DNA of 64,000 bases from Microcoleus sp. (GTDB lineage: Bacteria; Cyanobacteriota; Cyanobacteriia; Cyanobacteriales; Microcoleaceae): NCBI GenBank assembly GCA_042408215.1, contig JAYFMW010000005.1, forward strand, positions 576,001 through 640,000. The letters are read 5' to 3'. Within the stretch, counting starts at the first letter, position 1, and each line of letters begins with the position of its first letter. Shown piece by piece: positions 21,281 through 32,508 of this stretch. A program made the translations under genes and the position numbers. The notes under the pieces were generated by a model that had not been told where the DNA came from, searched no databases, and saw only the letters and a program-made list of their open reading frames with translations.

Positions 21281-21955
21281 ATCTAGAATGATCTCAACTG
21301 CTTCGTCCAAATTGTTGGCGATTAAATCGGGTTGGTACTTGCCTAGTTGGGTGCGATCGCGAATCCCGCACAAAACACCAATTACCTTGACACCGTGCGT
21401 TTTAGCTGCTATAATATCTGCCTCCGTATCCCCCACCATCCAAATCTCAGAAGCTGATGGCAGTTCAGTCAGAGCTTTGGCCATCAGCAGGGGCTTGTCT
21501 TTGACATCCCCGGTTTTGACGTAATCGTTGGGGAGACAATAGCGACGGTTTTCTGGGAAAAATTCCCCTAAATTGCAGCGGTTGAAGGCTTCGTCAAGTT
21601 CCCGAACACGGCGCATGGTCATGACCACTAAGTCTACTCCAGCGCGCTGCACCTTTTCTAGGGTTTCCACCGCGCCGGAGGCTGGTCGATCGTAAATCAG
21701 GTAAGGTAGCGTGTGGACGGTTTGACGGCGTTTTTCGGCAAATTCCCTGGATTGGGCTGCATCTAATCCTGAGAGGATGCCGATTTCGGTTTCGGGAACG
21801 CGCGCGCGCTTCATTTGCCAAAACTCGGCTTTGGGGAGTACGCGCACTTTTTGGTCTGAACGTTGAGTCTCCGTCAGACAGTGCTCGTAAACTCGGTAAT
21901 AGCGATCGGACACATCCATTATGGGCCCGTCAAAGTCTGTAATCAGTCTCAGCAT
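21272..21955 (-). CDS. HAD-family hydrolase
   Basis: Motif I TDFDGPIMD, motif IV MVGDTEAD; start set at MLRLI. Confidence 0.9.
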   Translation of the reverse strand: MLRLITDFDGPIMDVSDRYYRVYEHCLTETQRSDQKVRVLPKAEFWQMKRARVPETEIGILSGLDAAQSREFAEKRRQTVHTLPYLIYDRPASGAVETLEKVQRAGVDLVVMTMRRVRELDEAFNRCNLGEFFPENRRYCLPNDYVKTGDVKDKPLLMAKALTELPSASEIWMVGDTEADIIAAKTHGVKVIGVLCGIRDRTQLGKYQPDLIANNLDEAVEIILDSH

Positions 21956-22156
21956 TGAGCAGAGTATTGTTAAGATTTTATACAAATTGTTCTCTACTGT
22001 ATCACTTAAAAGGTAACAGCTCAAGATCCAAAAATTGACACAATAGCCTTGGGAAAGATAAATTAGCCAGCAGTAACAGTTGCTTTCACCCACGAGGAGT
22101 AAAAACCCTGATGCTAAAATAGCAGTCAAATAACAACTAACTTGATCTGCTAACCT

Positions 22157-24271
22157 TTGAGAGTGATGCTCTACAATAACGAAATGCTTCCTACGTTAAG
22201 TTTACAAAGCAGCCCGAGAAGTATTAACATTCTTCTTTATAAGCTGTTATCCTTGCGTAGGCTTGAATACCTGGCAGTCGATCGACAACTCAATATTCAA
22301 GAAATATCTTTGAAAGTGCAAGAGTTTGCCGAGGTTCCTGATGCGGTAAAAATCGGAAAAGATGTGCGCGAAAGTTTTCCAGAATTAATAGGAATGGAAG
22401 AAATTCTTAATGATATCCTGGAAGAAAGGCAGCCAAATTTTCAGTTAAAATCAATTATGCGCGTTCTCAATAACGGTGCTTTTTTATATCTAGATTTGTA
22501 CATTTTTGGGGATAGAGAATATCAAAATCATGAGAGAATAATAATTGTTTACGAGGACGTAACAGACAGTATGGCAGCTCATCAAAGCATGGTTCAGCAC
22601 GCCAACGAAAACAGTATTAAAGTCGATAACTTAGCTACGGCTCGTGATTATATTGAGAAAATTATTAACTCGCTAGGTGATGTTTTATTAGTAACATCTG
22701 GATCTGGAAAAATCAAAAAAGTCAATCAATCTGCACAACTATTATTTGGCTATAGCGAATCGGAATTAATCGGTCAACCGATATCAATGATTACTACTGG
22801 CGAGGAATTGCTACGTCAATTCAGCCAGCTACCTCCTGCACTTAAAAGCGAATCTTGGCATCAGGTAAGGGTAGTTTGCCAAACTAAAACAAGTTCAAAG
22901 CTGACGATCGCCTTTTCCTGTTCTACTATCGAAACAAGTATAGAAAGCAAGAGCGCATCCAGCGCCGCCATACAAGATTTTGTCTATATCGGTAGGGATA
23001 TTACGGAGCAGCAGCGCACCAAAAATCGTCAGAAAGCACAGTATGCTCTCACTCGCATCTTGTCAGAATCGAATTCTCTAGAGAGCATAATTCAGAAAAT
23101 TTTGCAAGCTATATGCGAAAATTTGGGGTGGGATGTAGGCGAACTTTGGATGCCCGTTACAAATGAGAAAGAAACTAGATTTGGTCCAGAAAAAAGGTGT
23201 GAAAAACAGCCGTTATGCTCCCCAGTGTGCTGTCATGTTGAGAAAAATATTGTTTTGTGGCGGGTGGGAGTTTGGCAAGGAATAGCTGAAGTTGGAAGTT
23301 TTATTGAAAGTAGCGAGCAGATTACTTTTGCTCCGGGTATGGGTTTACCGGGAGCAGTTTGGAAAAGCGGTTATCCGCACTGGATTACTGATCTAGTTAA
23401 AGATAGCAATTTCGTGCGATCGCACTTAGCTAAGCAAGTGGGACTACGATCGGGTTTTGCTTTCCCCATTCACGCTAGCGGTCAAGTTGTGGGAGTAATG
23501 ACTTTTTTATGTCAAGAAGAAAAGCCCCCGGATCAAGATTTGCTTCAGATGATGGCTGCTGCGGGTTCCCAATTGGGCGAGTTTTTGAAGCGTAAATATG
23601 CCGAAAAAGAATTGCAGGAAGCAGAAGCTTCAATCCGAATTTTGTACGAACAGGAGAAACGGCAAAGCGAAGAATTGCAAGAGAAAAATTTAGCTTTAGA
23701 ACAGGCCAAATTAGAGTTAGAAGCTGCTAACCGGGAATTGCAGCGGATCGCGTCTGTAGACGGCTTGACTAAGATTGCCAACCGCCGCTGTTTTGACAAA
23801 ACATTGGAGTTGGAATGGCAGCAAATGAATAGAGATAAACAAGCCCTGTCTTTAATTTTGTGTGACCTCGATTTTTTCAAACTTTACAATGATAATTGTG
23901 GGCATCAAGCAGGTGACGAATGTTTAAAACAAGTGGCTGAGATTTTAAAGAGAAATGCTCAGCGGGCTGGAGATTTAGCGGCCCGCTACGGTGGCGAAGA
24001 ATTTGCGGTAATTTTGCCGCGGACTGATGCTAGTGGTGCCCGGCGGGTAGCTGAATCAATTCGTAGCGATTTGAAAGCCGCGGCAATTTATCACCCTGGT
24101 TCAAAAGTAAGTAAGTTTGTGACTATCAGTATGGGCGTTGCTAGTGCTGTGTCAGGTAATCAATTATCCGTTGAGGAGATAATTTTGGCTGCCGATCGCT
24201 CCCTTTACCAAGCTAAGCTAGAAGGGCGCGATCGCATAGTTGGCATCAATTATTCAAAGAGTTCTAAATAG
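22157..24271 (+). CDS. Diguanylate cyclase (PAS-GAF-coiled coil-GGDEF)
   Basis: DGLTKIANRR, DLDFFKLYND, RAGD I-site, RYGGEEF; start uncertain. Confidence 0.93.
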   Translation: MRVMLYNNEMLPTLSLQSSPRSINILLYKLLSLRRLEYLAVDRQLNIQEISLKVQEFAEVPDAVKIGKDVRESFPELIGMEEILNDILEERQPNFQLKSIMRVLNNGAFLYLDLYIFGDREYQNHERIIIVYEDVTDSMAAHQSMVQHANENSIKVDNLATARDYIEKIINSLGDVLLVTSGSGKIKKVNQSAQLLFGYSESELIGQPISMITTGEELLRQFSQLPPALKSESWHQVRVVCQTKTSSKLTIAFSCSTIETSIESKSASSAAIQDFVYIGRDITEQQRTKNRQKAQYALTRILSESNSLESIIQKILQAICENLGWDVGELWMPVTNEKETRFGPEKRCEKQPLCSPVCCHVEKNIVLWRVGVWQGIAEVGSFIESSEQITFAPGMGLPGAVWKSGYPHWITDLVKDSNFVRSHLAKQVGLRSGFAFPIHASGQVVGVMTFLCQEEKPPDQDLLQMMAAAGSQLGEFLKRKYAEKELQEAEASIRILYEQEKRQSEELQEKNLALEQAKLELEAANRELQRIASVDGLTKIANRRCFDKTLELEWQQMNRDKQALSLILCDLDFFKLYNDNCGHQAGDECLKQVAEILKRNAQRAGDLAARYGGEEFAVILPRTDASGARRVAESIRSDLKAAAIYHPGSKVSKFVTISMGVASAVSGNQLSVEEIILAADRSLYQAKLEGRDRIVGINYSKSSK

Positions 24272-24395
24272 TTAAGTTTTATGAAAAATAACTACTATAT
24301 TTATGGGAAAATGATCTTGGTAAAATAACCACAGAGACAGACAAAAAACCCAAAAATCTAAAAGTAATTTAAGCGAGGGAAAGGAGTATTTTTTG

Positions 24396-24923
24396 ATGAT
24401 TGTGAGACCTGCAAAAATCGCTGACGCACCTGCAATTGCACGGGTTAATATAGATACTTGGCGGACAGCTTACCGGACAATTGTACCAGCAGATTACCTG
24501 GAAAATTTTTCCTATGAACAGCGAGAAAGCAGTTGGCTAGAAATCCTTGTGAAAGCTGAAAATACCGTAAATTTTGTGTATGTTGCTGAGAACAAGTCAG
24601 GAAAAATTGTGGGTTTTGCTGCGGGCGGTCGGGAGCGAATGGGCAAATATATGTATCAAGGAGAATTATTTGCTATCTATATTTTGGAGGAATATCAACG
24701 TCAAGGTATCGGGCGCAAACTAGTGGGCTGCGTTGCAGCAAAATTAGCTGATTTAGATTTGAATTCGCTACTGGTTTGGGTGCTAGGAGACAATTCAGCC
24801 TGTAGGTTTTATGAAGTTTTAGGAGGTGAGAAAGTTGACGAACTGCAAACAAGCAGAGCCGGAGTTATACTTAAGGAAATTGCCTACGGGTGGACAGACA
24901 TAGCAGTGCTGAAAAGCACCTAA
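24396..24923 (+). CDS. GNAT N-acetyltransferase
   Basis: YQRQGIGRKL acetyl-CoA motif, ACRFYE. Confidence 0.9.
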   Translation: MIVRPAKIADAPAIARVNIDTWRTAYRTIVPADYLENFSYEQRESSWLEILVKAENTVNFVYVAENKSGKIVGFAAGGRERMGKYMYQGELFAIYILEEYQRQGIGRKLVGCVAAKLADLDLNSLLVWVLGDNSACRFYEVLGGEKVDELQTSRAGVILKEIAYGWTDIAVLKST

Positions 24924-24949
24924 AGGCAACCTAAAAATTTGATGTTGTG

Positions 24950-26011
24950 TCAACCATTTTTCAAACTGCCCCGTTTCATTTGTTCCCGTTCAATTGCTTC
25001 AAACAGAGCCCGAAAATTTCCAGCCCCAAAACCTCCAGCTTGTACCTGTTTACCATTAACTAAGGCAACTCGACGCTCAATTATTTCAAAAAAGAAAGTT
25101 GGTTCGGCAAAAATTGGCTGCGTAAAGATTTGCAGCAGCATCGCTTCGGGAGTATCTTTTTGCCAATCCACCAAAACTTGAGAATCTGCAATTTCCGGCC
25201 AATCTGCCGGCAAATAATTTTGTCGCTGTTGCAATTCGGAGTAGTAAGTCGAGGGAACTGGCAGAAAAGGCAAACCGCGCGATCGCAAATCAGCAACAAC
25301 CCCCACAATCCGATCGGTTTGCAAAGCCATATGCTGAATTCCCGGCCCCTGATTTGCATCCAAAAACTCTTGAATTTGAGAATTAGGCGATGCCGATTCA
25401 TTAATCGGCAATTGCACCCCACCTTCAGCATGAACCATAACCCGACTTCGCAAAGCCGATTTCTCAGTCTGAATATCAAAATTTTGCTGCGGCTGAAAAC
25501 CTAATATTTTTTGATACCAATTAACAGCACTGTCCAAATCGCCCGTTTCCACATTTAACACTACGTGGTCAATATTGGTGAACAGCGGGAGCTCAGAAGA
25601 ATTTGGTGGCAGTGGATTCTCGCCAATTCGCTCTATCAGCGTGTGACTTAAATCTCCCCAGCCAGCAATTTTTGCCCATTTAAAACGGCCTCCGACCTTT
25701 AGACCTTTTTGAATCGGTTCGAGAACTTTCGCCCCCTCAGCCGCCGCTCTAGCTATTGCTAATTCAATATTTTTGACCCGGAAACTCACATCGGCAATGC
25801 CAGGAGGATGCAATTTCAACCAACTAGCGACGGGACTAGCGGGTGTCAGGGGGGAAGACAAAACAAAACAGATATTGCCGCTGTTCACAACTTCAGTGTG
25901 AGTGTGACTGTTTGAATAACCTGTTGTTGATTGAAAGCCTAATTTCCTGACAAACCAGTCCCGCGATACTGCTGCATCTTCAGTGTAAAAGTGAATGCGA
26001 TCGAACTCCAT
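24950..26011 (-). CDS. hppD: 4-hydroxyphenylpyruvate dioxygenase
   Basis: IDHVVLNV, SQIQEFL, GIQHMAL, LLQIFT, FFEIIER, GFGAGNFRALFEAIE. Confidence 0.95.
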   Translation of the reverse strand: MEFDRIHFYTEDAAVSRDWFVRKLGFQSTTGYSNSHTHTEVVNSGNICFVLSSPLTPASPVASWLKLHPPGIADVSFRVKNIELAIARAAAEGAKVLEPIQKGLKVGGRFKWAKIAGWGDLSHTLIERIGENPLPPNSSELPLFTNIDHVVLNVETGDLDSAVNWYQKILGFQPQQNFDIQTEKSALRSRVMVHAEGGVQLPINESASPNSQIQEFLDANQGPGIQHMALQTDRIVGVVADLRSRGLPFLPVPSTYYSELQQRQNYLPADWPEIADSQVLVDWQKDTPEAMLLQIFTQPIFAEPTFFFEIIERRVALVNGKQVQAGGFGAGNFRALFEAIEREQMKRGSLKNG

Positions 26012-26195
26012 AATCAATAATTGAAAATGGCAAGTGGAAAATGGAAATTCAGCAGAGTTGCGACGAACAACCGCAAGGTATGGACTGAGGACTGGATAAT
26101 TTTCATGGGTTCCCGATCAATGCAACTAATAATAACCTAAAAATAGCAGCTCTGATGTCTTCCTGAAGACAGAATATCGGTGGGCTGCTTAATTT

Positions 26196-26903
26196 CTAGA
26201 AAAACAAATGACTTTCCGGCTGAATATTAATCTCCATTGGCACAGCTTGCGGGTCGGCAGAAAGAGCAAACATAATTGCATTAGCAGCAGTTTCTGTACT
26301 CAACATTTTTGACCTATCTACCTTCAAACTCACACGATCCCAAAAGGGAGAATCCACCCCACCAAAATAGAATAGCGTAAACTTAATGCCATAGCGCCGT
26401 AACTCATCGGCCATGCACTTGCTGAAACCAACTACGCCAAATTTTGAAGCACAATAAGCTGTTCCCATCGCCATCGAATGCTTGCCCAAAATTCCGATCA
26501 CATTGCAGATGTGGCCGACTTTGCGCTCTTTCATCACATTTGCTGCGGCTTGACAGGTGTAAAAACTGCCCTTCAAATTCAAGTCAAGCATGGCGTCTAA
26601 ATCAGCCGGTTCCAACTTGTTCCACTGTTTGAGAATGCCCGCACCGGCTGCATTTACCAGGGCGTCAATTTGTCCGAAATGCGCGACTGCTTTCTGCATC
26701 AGCGTCTCGACTTGCTGCAAATCGGTGATATCTGTAGGTACTGACAGCACCTCGGTTGTTGACAATTCGCCTGCTAAAGCGTCTAACCGACTGCTGTCTC
26801 TAGCTGCAAGCACTAGGGTTGCACCCGAAGAAGCCAGTTTGTGGGCCACCGCTGAACCGATGCCGCCCGTCGCACCCACAACAACCACAACTTTGTTCTG
26901 CAT
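26196..26903 (-). CDS. SDR family oxidoreductase
   Basis: GATGGIG, NAAG, YCASK. Confidence 0.93.
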   Translation of the reverse strand: MQNKVVVVVGATGGIGSAVAHKLASSGATLVLAARDSSRLDALAGELSTTEVLSVPTDITDLQQVETLMQKAVAHFGQIDALVNAAGAGILKQWNKLEPADLDAMLDLNLKGSFYTCQAAANVMKERKVGHICNVIGILGKHSMAMGTAYCASKFGVVGFSKCMADELRRYGIKFTLFYFGGVDSPFWDRVSLKVDRSKMLSTETAANAIMFALSADPQAVPMEINIQPESHLFF

Positions 26904-26949
26904 ATCCGTTTACATTTCTTTATATCCTGTTTGTATGATAACTCAAGTT

Positions 26950-27463
26950 ATGGGGAATGGGGAATGGGGAATGGGGCATGGCGAATTGGAGGCTGTTCCT
27001 CCAGATATGTATTCCCAGGAAAAACCTGGAAGACTACAACTAACTAATGACTAATGACTAATAACTAATGACTACTGACTCATGACTACTGACTCATGAC
27101 TACTGACTCATGACTACTGACTCATGACTACTGACTCATGACTACTGACTAATGACTAATGACTACTGACTACTGACTACTGACTACTGACTACTGACTA
27201 ATGACTACTGACTATTGACTATTGACTACTGACTACTGACTAATAACTACTGACTAATAACTAATAACTAATGACTAATGACTACTGACTAATGACTACT
27301 GACTAATGACTAATAACTAATGACTAATGACTACTGACTAATGACTAATGACTAATAACTAATGACTAATAACTAATAACTAATGACTAATGACTACTGA
27401 CTAATGACTACTGACTAATGACTAATAACTAATGACTAATGACTACTGACTACTGACTAATGA
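26950..27463. repeat. Long STRR heptamer array (ATGACTA/CTGACTA/CTGACTC/ATAACTA) preceded by GGGGAAT repeats
   Basis: Seen directly; about 420 bp of mixed heptamers from about 27040. Confidence 0.92.
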
Positions 27464-28876
27464 CTATTTTATAGAAACTTGCCAGCCTTTTTCGGCTTTT
27501 TTAAGCTGGAGAGAGTCGCAGGATTGTAAAAATTTAGGAAATTTTCTACTGAGATTAAAGTCCTTAATGATTTGGGTAATCTGTTGGCCGTATTGTTTGT
27601 GAAATTCGCTGCCTACATTTGAGAGAAATACATAATTTTCGGGAGAGTTGCCAGTTAAGTCTCTAACTATTTTGACAAGAGCTTTTTCCAAGTCTTCAAA
27701 AGAATTAATAGCTGTTAAGCTAGAAGGTGCTGCAATACTGTTGTTGAGAATCTCTGGATTGTTAAGGATTGGGGGTTTTGGGGACAATTTTACTTCAAAA
27801 ATAGTGACATAGGCTTGAGAAGTCTCTGAAGGTTTGTGAACGACAAACTCGGTCGGATATTTGAGAAAAATATCCCTGGTTTTAGTGCCTAGCAGGTGAG
27901 GAGCAACAACTTGATTGAGGGGTAAGCCGTAATTTTTTCTAAATAATGCTGAAATTGTCGAAAGTTTTACCCACTGATTTGAGGTGCGTTGTTGCTCTGT
28001 TTTGATTAACTGTTTTAACTGAATAACTAATTGTTCTATGGGGGGGATTTCTGGTTTAGATGTGAGGTAATGGGTTTCAAGTTGTCCGGTTCTGCTGTTT
28101 AAAACTATGATTTTATCTATTTGCTTGCGGACTTGATACACGGTTAATCCGTGGGCTTGAAGTGTATTGCTGAGGTGTGTTAGGGCTCGATCGGACGAAC
28201 AGACAAAAATTTCTTTGGCTGTGGGATAGTGTACGAAAATCGATGCTCCTACGGTAGCCATTTTTAAGTCGGCGCTGTCTTTTCCTGGGGGAACGTGAAT
28301 GAGTTGATAGCCACGTTCGTGAAATTCAGCATCTTTTTTGCCCATGCTGCGCCAATTGGCAAAGGCTACTTTGATTTGAATGGGATACAGGGAGATTCCC
28401 TCTAGGAATTTTTCTGTTTCGATGTTGAGTTGCAAGTTTTCGACATCTAGCAGCAGGATGGCAATCCCGACAGTAGGGGAGGCTGTTTGATGTGCTGGCG
28501 GATTTGGAAGTGTTGATGAAACTGAGTTATTTGATGTAGCTGCTGAATTTTGAGATTCGGCGAGTTGCTGAATTTTGGCAAATAATTTGCTGAATTGAGG
28601 CGAATTAATGAATTCTGGAATTAACAAAATTTCCAGGTATTTTTTGACCGTTAGCCGGAGCGAGTCTGTATCGATCGCTACTTTGAGGCGTTTTGTCAAT
28701 TTTCCAATCAAAATTGACTGAAAATCAGGTTTGGCCCACTGGGTTTTCCTGTATTTTTCAGCTATCCATTCGGGATGCTCGGACTGAATGGTAACTAGAG
28801 TGTGAGCGATATAGCGACTGATGGCGCTGACTGTGGCAGATTCTTGAGTCGCCAGCAAGGAGTTGTGAGCGGGCAT
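27464..28876 (-). CDS. NYN-domain protein with OST-HTH/LOTUS-like repeats
   Basis: LLLDVENL, GKDSADLKM, SSDRAL; C-terminal LSNVGSEFHKQYG. Confidence 0.82.
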   Translation of the reverse strand: MPAHNSLLATQESATVSAISRYIAHTLVTIQSEHPEWIAEKYRKTQWAKPDFQSILIGKLTKRLKVAIDTDSLRLTVKKYLEILLIPEFINSPQFSKLFAKIQQLAESQNSAATSNNSVSSTLPNPPAHQTASPTVGIAILLLDVENLQLNIETEKFLEGISLYPIQIKVAFANWRSMGKKDAEFHERGYQLIHVPPGKDSADLKMATVGASIFVHYPTAKEIFVCSSDRALTHLSNTLQAHGLTVYQVRKQIDKIIVLNSRTGQLETHYLTSKPEIPPIEQLVIQLKQLIKTEQQRTSNQWVKLSTISALFRKNYGLPLNQVVAPHLLGTKTRDIFLKYPTEFVVHKPSETSQAYVTIFEVKLSPKPPILNNPEILNNSIAAPSSLTAINSFEDLEKALVKIVRDLTGNSPENYVFLSNVGSEFHKQYGQQITQIIKDFNLSRKFPKFLQSCDSLQLKKAEKGWQVSIK

Positions 28877-28915
28877 GGCTCTCCACCGTGGATGGTTTCT
28901 AAATGTACCATAATT

Positions 28916-30187
28916 TTAGTTGTTCGCTAGCAGTTGGACGATCGCCCGCCAAATCAAACCAGCGATAATTAACGCTAACCCAATCAGCCAAATTTGCCTC
29001 TGGACCCAGAAAGCCAGAAACAGACAGGAAGCTAAACCTACCACAGCTAGCCACTGGGGGTAAAGCCTTTCGGTGGGGGAAAGTTGCAGGGCGGCGAAGT
29101 TGGTAATGGCGTAGTAGATCAGAACGTTAAAAGCGCTAAATGACCAAGTGGTTTTGACATCGCCGATGAGGATTAAAAGTGCGATCGCAACTTCCACAGC
29201 CACCACAGCCACGTAAGGAGTTGTCCCAGAAGGGTTTAGCCGCGCCAAGACTCTCGGCATATCCAGGCGACGTCCCATCGCCAGCAAGATCCGCGACAGC
29301 CCTAAAATTAAGTTCAGCAGCACTCCCAGCATGGCGGTAATGGCACCGACAGCTAGCAGTTGAGAAACTCCCGGAATTCGGAAACTGCGGGCGATGACTT
29401 CCAAAGGTGCAGCAGTGGTGGCTGTTTGCAGGGACAATTTATCAACACCCCCCACGCCAACAAACACTATTGCTACCGCCACGTAAAGCAGCATTGTCAG
29501 CACCAAAGTTAAAATTATGGCTTTGGGAATGGTTTGCTGCGGTTCCCGCACTTCTTCGCCCATTGTGGCGATGCGGCCGTAACCGGTGTAAGCGACAAAC
29601 ATCAGGGCGGTAGCGTGGAGGATGGAGCCGCTCGAACTATCATTCTGTACAGTGGGCATTTCCCAGCTTACCTCTGGTAAACCAGCCACAACAAACACAG
29701 CCAGAGATAGGAGTGTCACTGAGACTATGGCAATATTGGCGATATTCGATCGCCTCATCCCCGTCAATACAATTAAAGTGAGAGTGGCGAGGGCGACCAA
29801 AGCAGTTAGGATGAGATCAGTGCGATCGGCAACACCAACTACATTCAAAAAATACCCGGCAAAACCCAAAGCAGCAGTAGCCGCCGAAGCCGTTTTAGCT
29901 AACAGAAACAGCCACCCCGCCGTAAAACCCAGCCAAGGATTCAGATATTTGTAACCATATTCATAAGTACCACCGCTAACAGGATGATTTGCCGCTAATT
30001 GAGCGCTGTTGAGGCCATTGCACACAGCAACTAAAGCAGCAATAGCCACAGCAATAATCACTCCAGAACCAGCAATTTCCGCGGCCATCCCGATACTCAC
30101 AAATACCCCAGTACCAAGGATTGAACCCAGACCCATCAGAGTAGCGCCGAAAACATCTAACTCTCGCTTAAGAAGTGGTGAAGACAT
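28916..30187 (-). CDS. APC-family amino acid permease
   Basis: GSILGTGVF, SGGTYEY, AYTGYGRIATMGEEV. Confidence 0.92.
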   Translation of the reverse strand: MSSPLLKRELDVFGATLMGLGSILGTGVFVSIGMAAEIAGSGVIIAVAIAALVAVCNGLNSAQLAANHPVSGGTYEYGYKYLNPWLGFTAGWLFLLAKTASAATAALGFAGYFLNVVGVADRTDLILTALVALATLTLIVLTGMRRSNIANIAIVSVTLLSLAVFVVAGLPEVSWEMPTVQNDSSSGSILHATALMFVAYTGYGRIATMGEEVREPQQTIPKAIILTLVLTMLLYVAVAIVFVGVGGVDKLSLQTATTAAPLEVIARSFRIPGVSQLLAVGAITAMLGVLLNLILGLSRILLAMGRRLDMPRVLARLNPSGTTPYVAVVAVEVAIALLILIGDVKTTWSFSAFNVLIYYAITNFAALQLSPTERLYPQWLAVVGLASCLFLAFWVQRQIWLIGLALIIAGLIWRAIVQLLANN

Positions 30188-30373
30188 ATAGCCGAAGGAA
30201 GAAGGAAGAAGGAAATTGCAATTCCCCGTAATGGTATCAGGCCGGAAAGCCTGTTCGGTTCAAGATTAGATTTTGTGGTGTTAATCTGTAGGGTGCGTCG
30301 CTGTGAGATGTTGCATGGAACTTGCAGATTATCCGAGGGCGACGCACCTTACTTACCTAAGAAAGGCTATATA

Positions 30374-31225
30374 TTAACCGAAACGGCCTTGAATATAATC
30401 CCTGGTGCTCGAATTACTTGCAGAAGTAAAAATCCGACTTGTCGGCCCAAATTCAACCAGGCGGCCGATGCGACTTTCATCAGTATTAAAAAAAGCCGTG
30501 TAATCAGAAACGCGAGCCGCCTGCTGCATATTATGCGTCACAATCACAACAGTTAACTGCTGCCGCAGAGTCTGAAACAACTCCTCAATCTTCATAGTAG
30601 AAATCGGATCGAGAGCCGAACAAGGTTCATCCATCAGCAAAATTTTCGGCTTCACAGCTAGAGCGCGAGCAATGCAAAGTCGCTGCTGCTGTCCCCCCGA
30701 AATCCCCTGGGCAGATTTCTTTAAATTGTCTTTCACCTCATCCCAAAGCGCCGCACTTTTCAGTGCAGATTCCACAATTTCATCTAATTCTGCTTTGCTT
30801 TTGCGGCCAAAAATCCTGACTCCGTAAGCAATATTATCGTAGATGCTCAGGGGAAAAGGATTCGGTCTTTGAAACACCATCCCAATTTGGCGGCGCAAAC
30901 TATTAATGTTTACTTTCTGGCTGTAAATATCCTGTCCAAAAAACTCTACTCTTCCTTTAACTTGAACCTTTCCCTCCAATTCACCAATCCGGTTGAGAGC
31001 TTTGAGAAAAGTTGATTTTCCACAACCTGAAGGACCAATAATAGCCGTAACTTGCGGGTGAGGGATATTCATCGATAAATTTTCCAGAACTTTGTGAGTA
31101 CCATAATAAAAACTCAAGTCCTGAACCCGCAATGCTGGCATTGCATTGGGGTCAATTTCCGGGGTGGCATCTTCTAGGAATTGCTCTGTATATTTTTCGG
31201 ATTTCAAGTTAGTTTTAGGTTTCAT
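30374..31225 (-). CDS. pstB: Phosphate ABC transporter ATPase
   Basis: GPSGCGKS, SGGQQQRLCIARALA, DEPCSALDP. Confidence 0.96.
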   Translation of the reverse strand: MKPKTNLKSEKYTEQFLEDATPEIDPNAMPALRVQDLSFYYGTHKVLENLSMNIPHPQVTAIIGPSGCGKSTFLKALNRIGELEGKVQVKGRVEFFGQDIYSQKVNINSLRRQIGMVFQRPNPFPLSIYDNIAYGVRIFGRKSKAELDEIVESALKSAALWDEVKDNLKKSAQGISGGQQQRLCIARALAVKPKILLMDEPCSALDPISTMKIEELFQTLRQQLTVVIVTHNMQQAARVSDYTAFFNTDESRIGRLVEFGPTSRIFTSASNSSTRDYIQGRFG

Positions 31226-31396
31226 TATTTGCCTGGTTATAGTGTTAATAGTTGACTCAGAAGATGTACAAGATTACCCGATGGTTCCTCATAGGTTTGT
31301 AGTGAGGAATTTAGTCCTCCTCTTTCTTGGTTTTAGTCGGGACTAAAGTCCTGACTACCAACAAATTTTACTATGATTAATTAACCGGAATTGATC

Positions 31397-32380
31397 TTAT
31401 TTATCATCTTGCAAGCGTTTGCGTGTTACCGCACGGGATGCGACGCTAGCAATCAAAACCATGCCCAAAAGGACAGAAGCCGCAGTCCACGCCAATTCGT
31501 TCTGCTCCTTGTAGGGAGAGCTGGCGTAGCTATATATTAATACTGACATAGAAGGAGTCGGAGTCAGCATTGTCTCTGGAATTTCTTGTAGTTTTGAGAT
31601 AGTTTCTGCACCAATGGGAGACTGAATTATCTCGCCCAATTTATCAACTAAAGGAGGCCAAAATTGACTCGATAACGCAGTTACAATCAGCGGTGCGGTT
31701 TCGCCGGCGGCGCGGGAAGCGGCTAGCAAAACCCCTGTGGTAATTGTTGGTAGTGCCGAGGGAATTATCATCCGAAAAATAGTTTGAAATCGTCCGGATC
31801 CCAAACCTCCCGAAGCGAGACGATAAGAAGTAGGCACTAATTTTAATGCTTGTTCTGTTGTCAATGCGACAACTGGAAGCATGATGATGCCGAGGGCAAA
31901 ACCGCCTGCTACTCCTGAAAATGCTTTGGTGGTAACGACAATTAGGGAGTAGGAAAAGACGCCAACTACGATGGAGGGAACGCTACTGAGAATGACGGTG
32001 ATAAAGCGGATGGTATTTGCGATCGCCTTATTTTCTCGACCAAACTCTGACAAAAATATTCCCGTCATTACGCCGATTGGGACACTAAATAACGTAGCAA
32101 TTCCTACCATTAAAGCAGTGCCAATAATCGCATTTGCAAAGCCGTTGGGCTGGTCTTCAACTCCGACTGGTGCTGGCAGAGACACTAGCACTTCCCAGCT
32201 CAAATGTGAAAATCCCTCACCCAGAATTTTGTACAAAATAGCGAACAAAGGGAGCAGAGCCAAGGCTGTGAGAGCAAAGGCAATAACTGTCATTCCCCGG
32301 CTGAAAAAGCTTCTGCCCAAGGACAGAGGTTTGTAGATTTCTACATCCAGAATACTGTCTGAATTTTGTGCTTGAGTCAT
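31397..32380 (-). CDS. pstA: Phosphate ABC transporter permease
   Basis: VPSIVVG, RAAGETAP; operon position. Confidence 0.95.
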   Translation of the reverse strand: MTQAQNSDSILDVEIYKPLSLGRSFFSRGMTVIAFALTALALLPLFAILYKILGEGFSHLSWEVLVSLPAPVGVEDQPNGFANAIIGTALMVGIATLFSVPIGVMTGIFLSEFGRENKAIANTIRFITVILSSVPSIVVGVFSYSLIVVTTKAFSGVAGGFALGIIMLPVVALTTEQALKLVPTSYRLASGGLGSGRFQTIFRMIIPSALPTITTGVLLAASRAAGETAPLIVTALSSQFWPPLVDKLGEIIQSPIGAETISKLQEIPETMLTPTPSMSVLIYSYASSPYKEQNELAWTAASVLLGMVLIASVASRAVTRKRLQDDK

Positions 32381-32508
32381 CCGATTTTAGATTTTAGATT
32401 TTGGATTTTGGATTGTTTTGTTTTGTTTGTGGCTCTTGCGATTGCTTCGTTTCACTCGCAATGACAGGCTTATATATTTTACCGTCGATCGAATTACCTG
32501 ATAGGATA

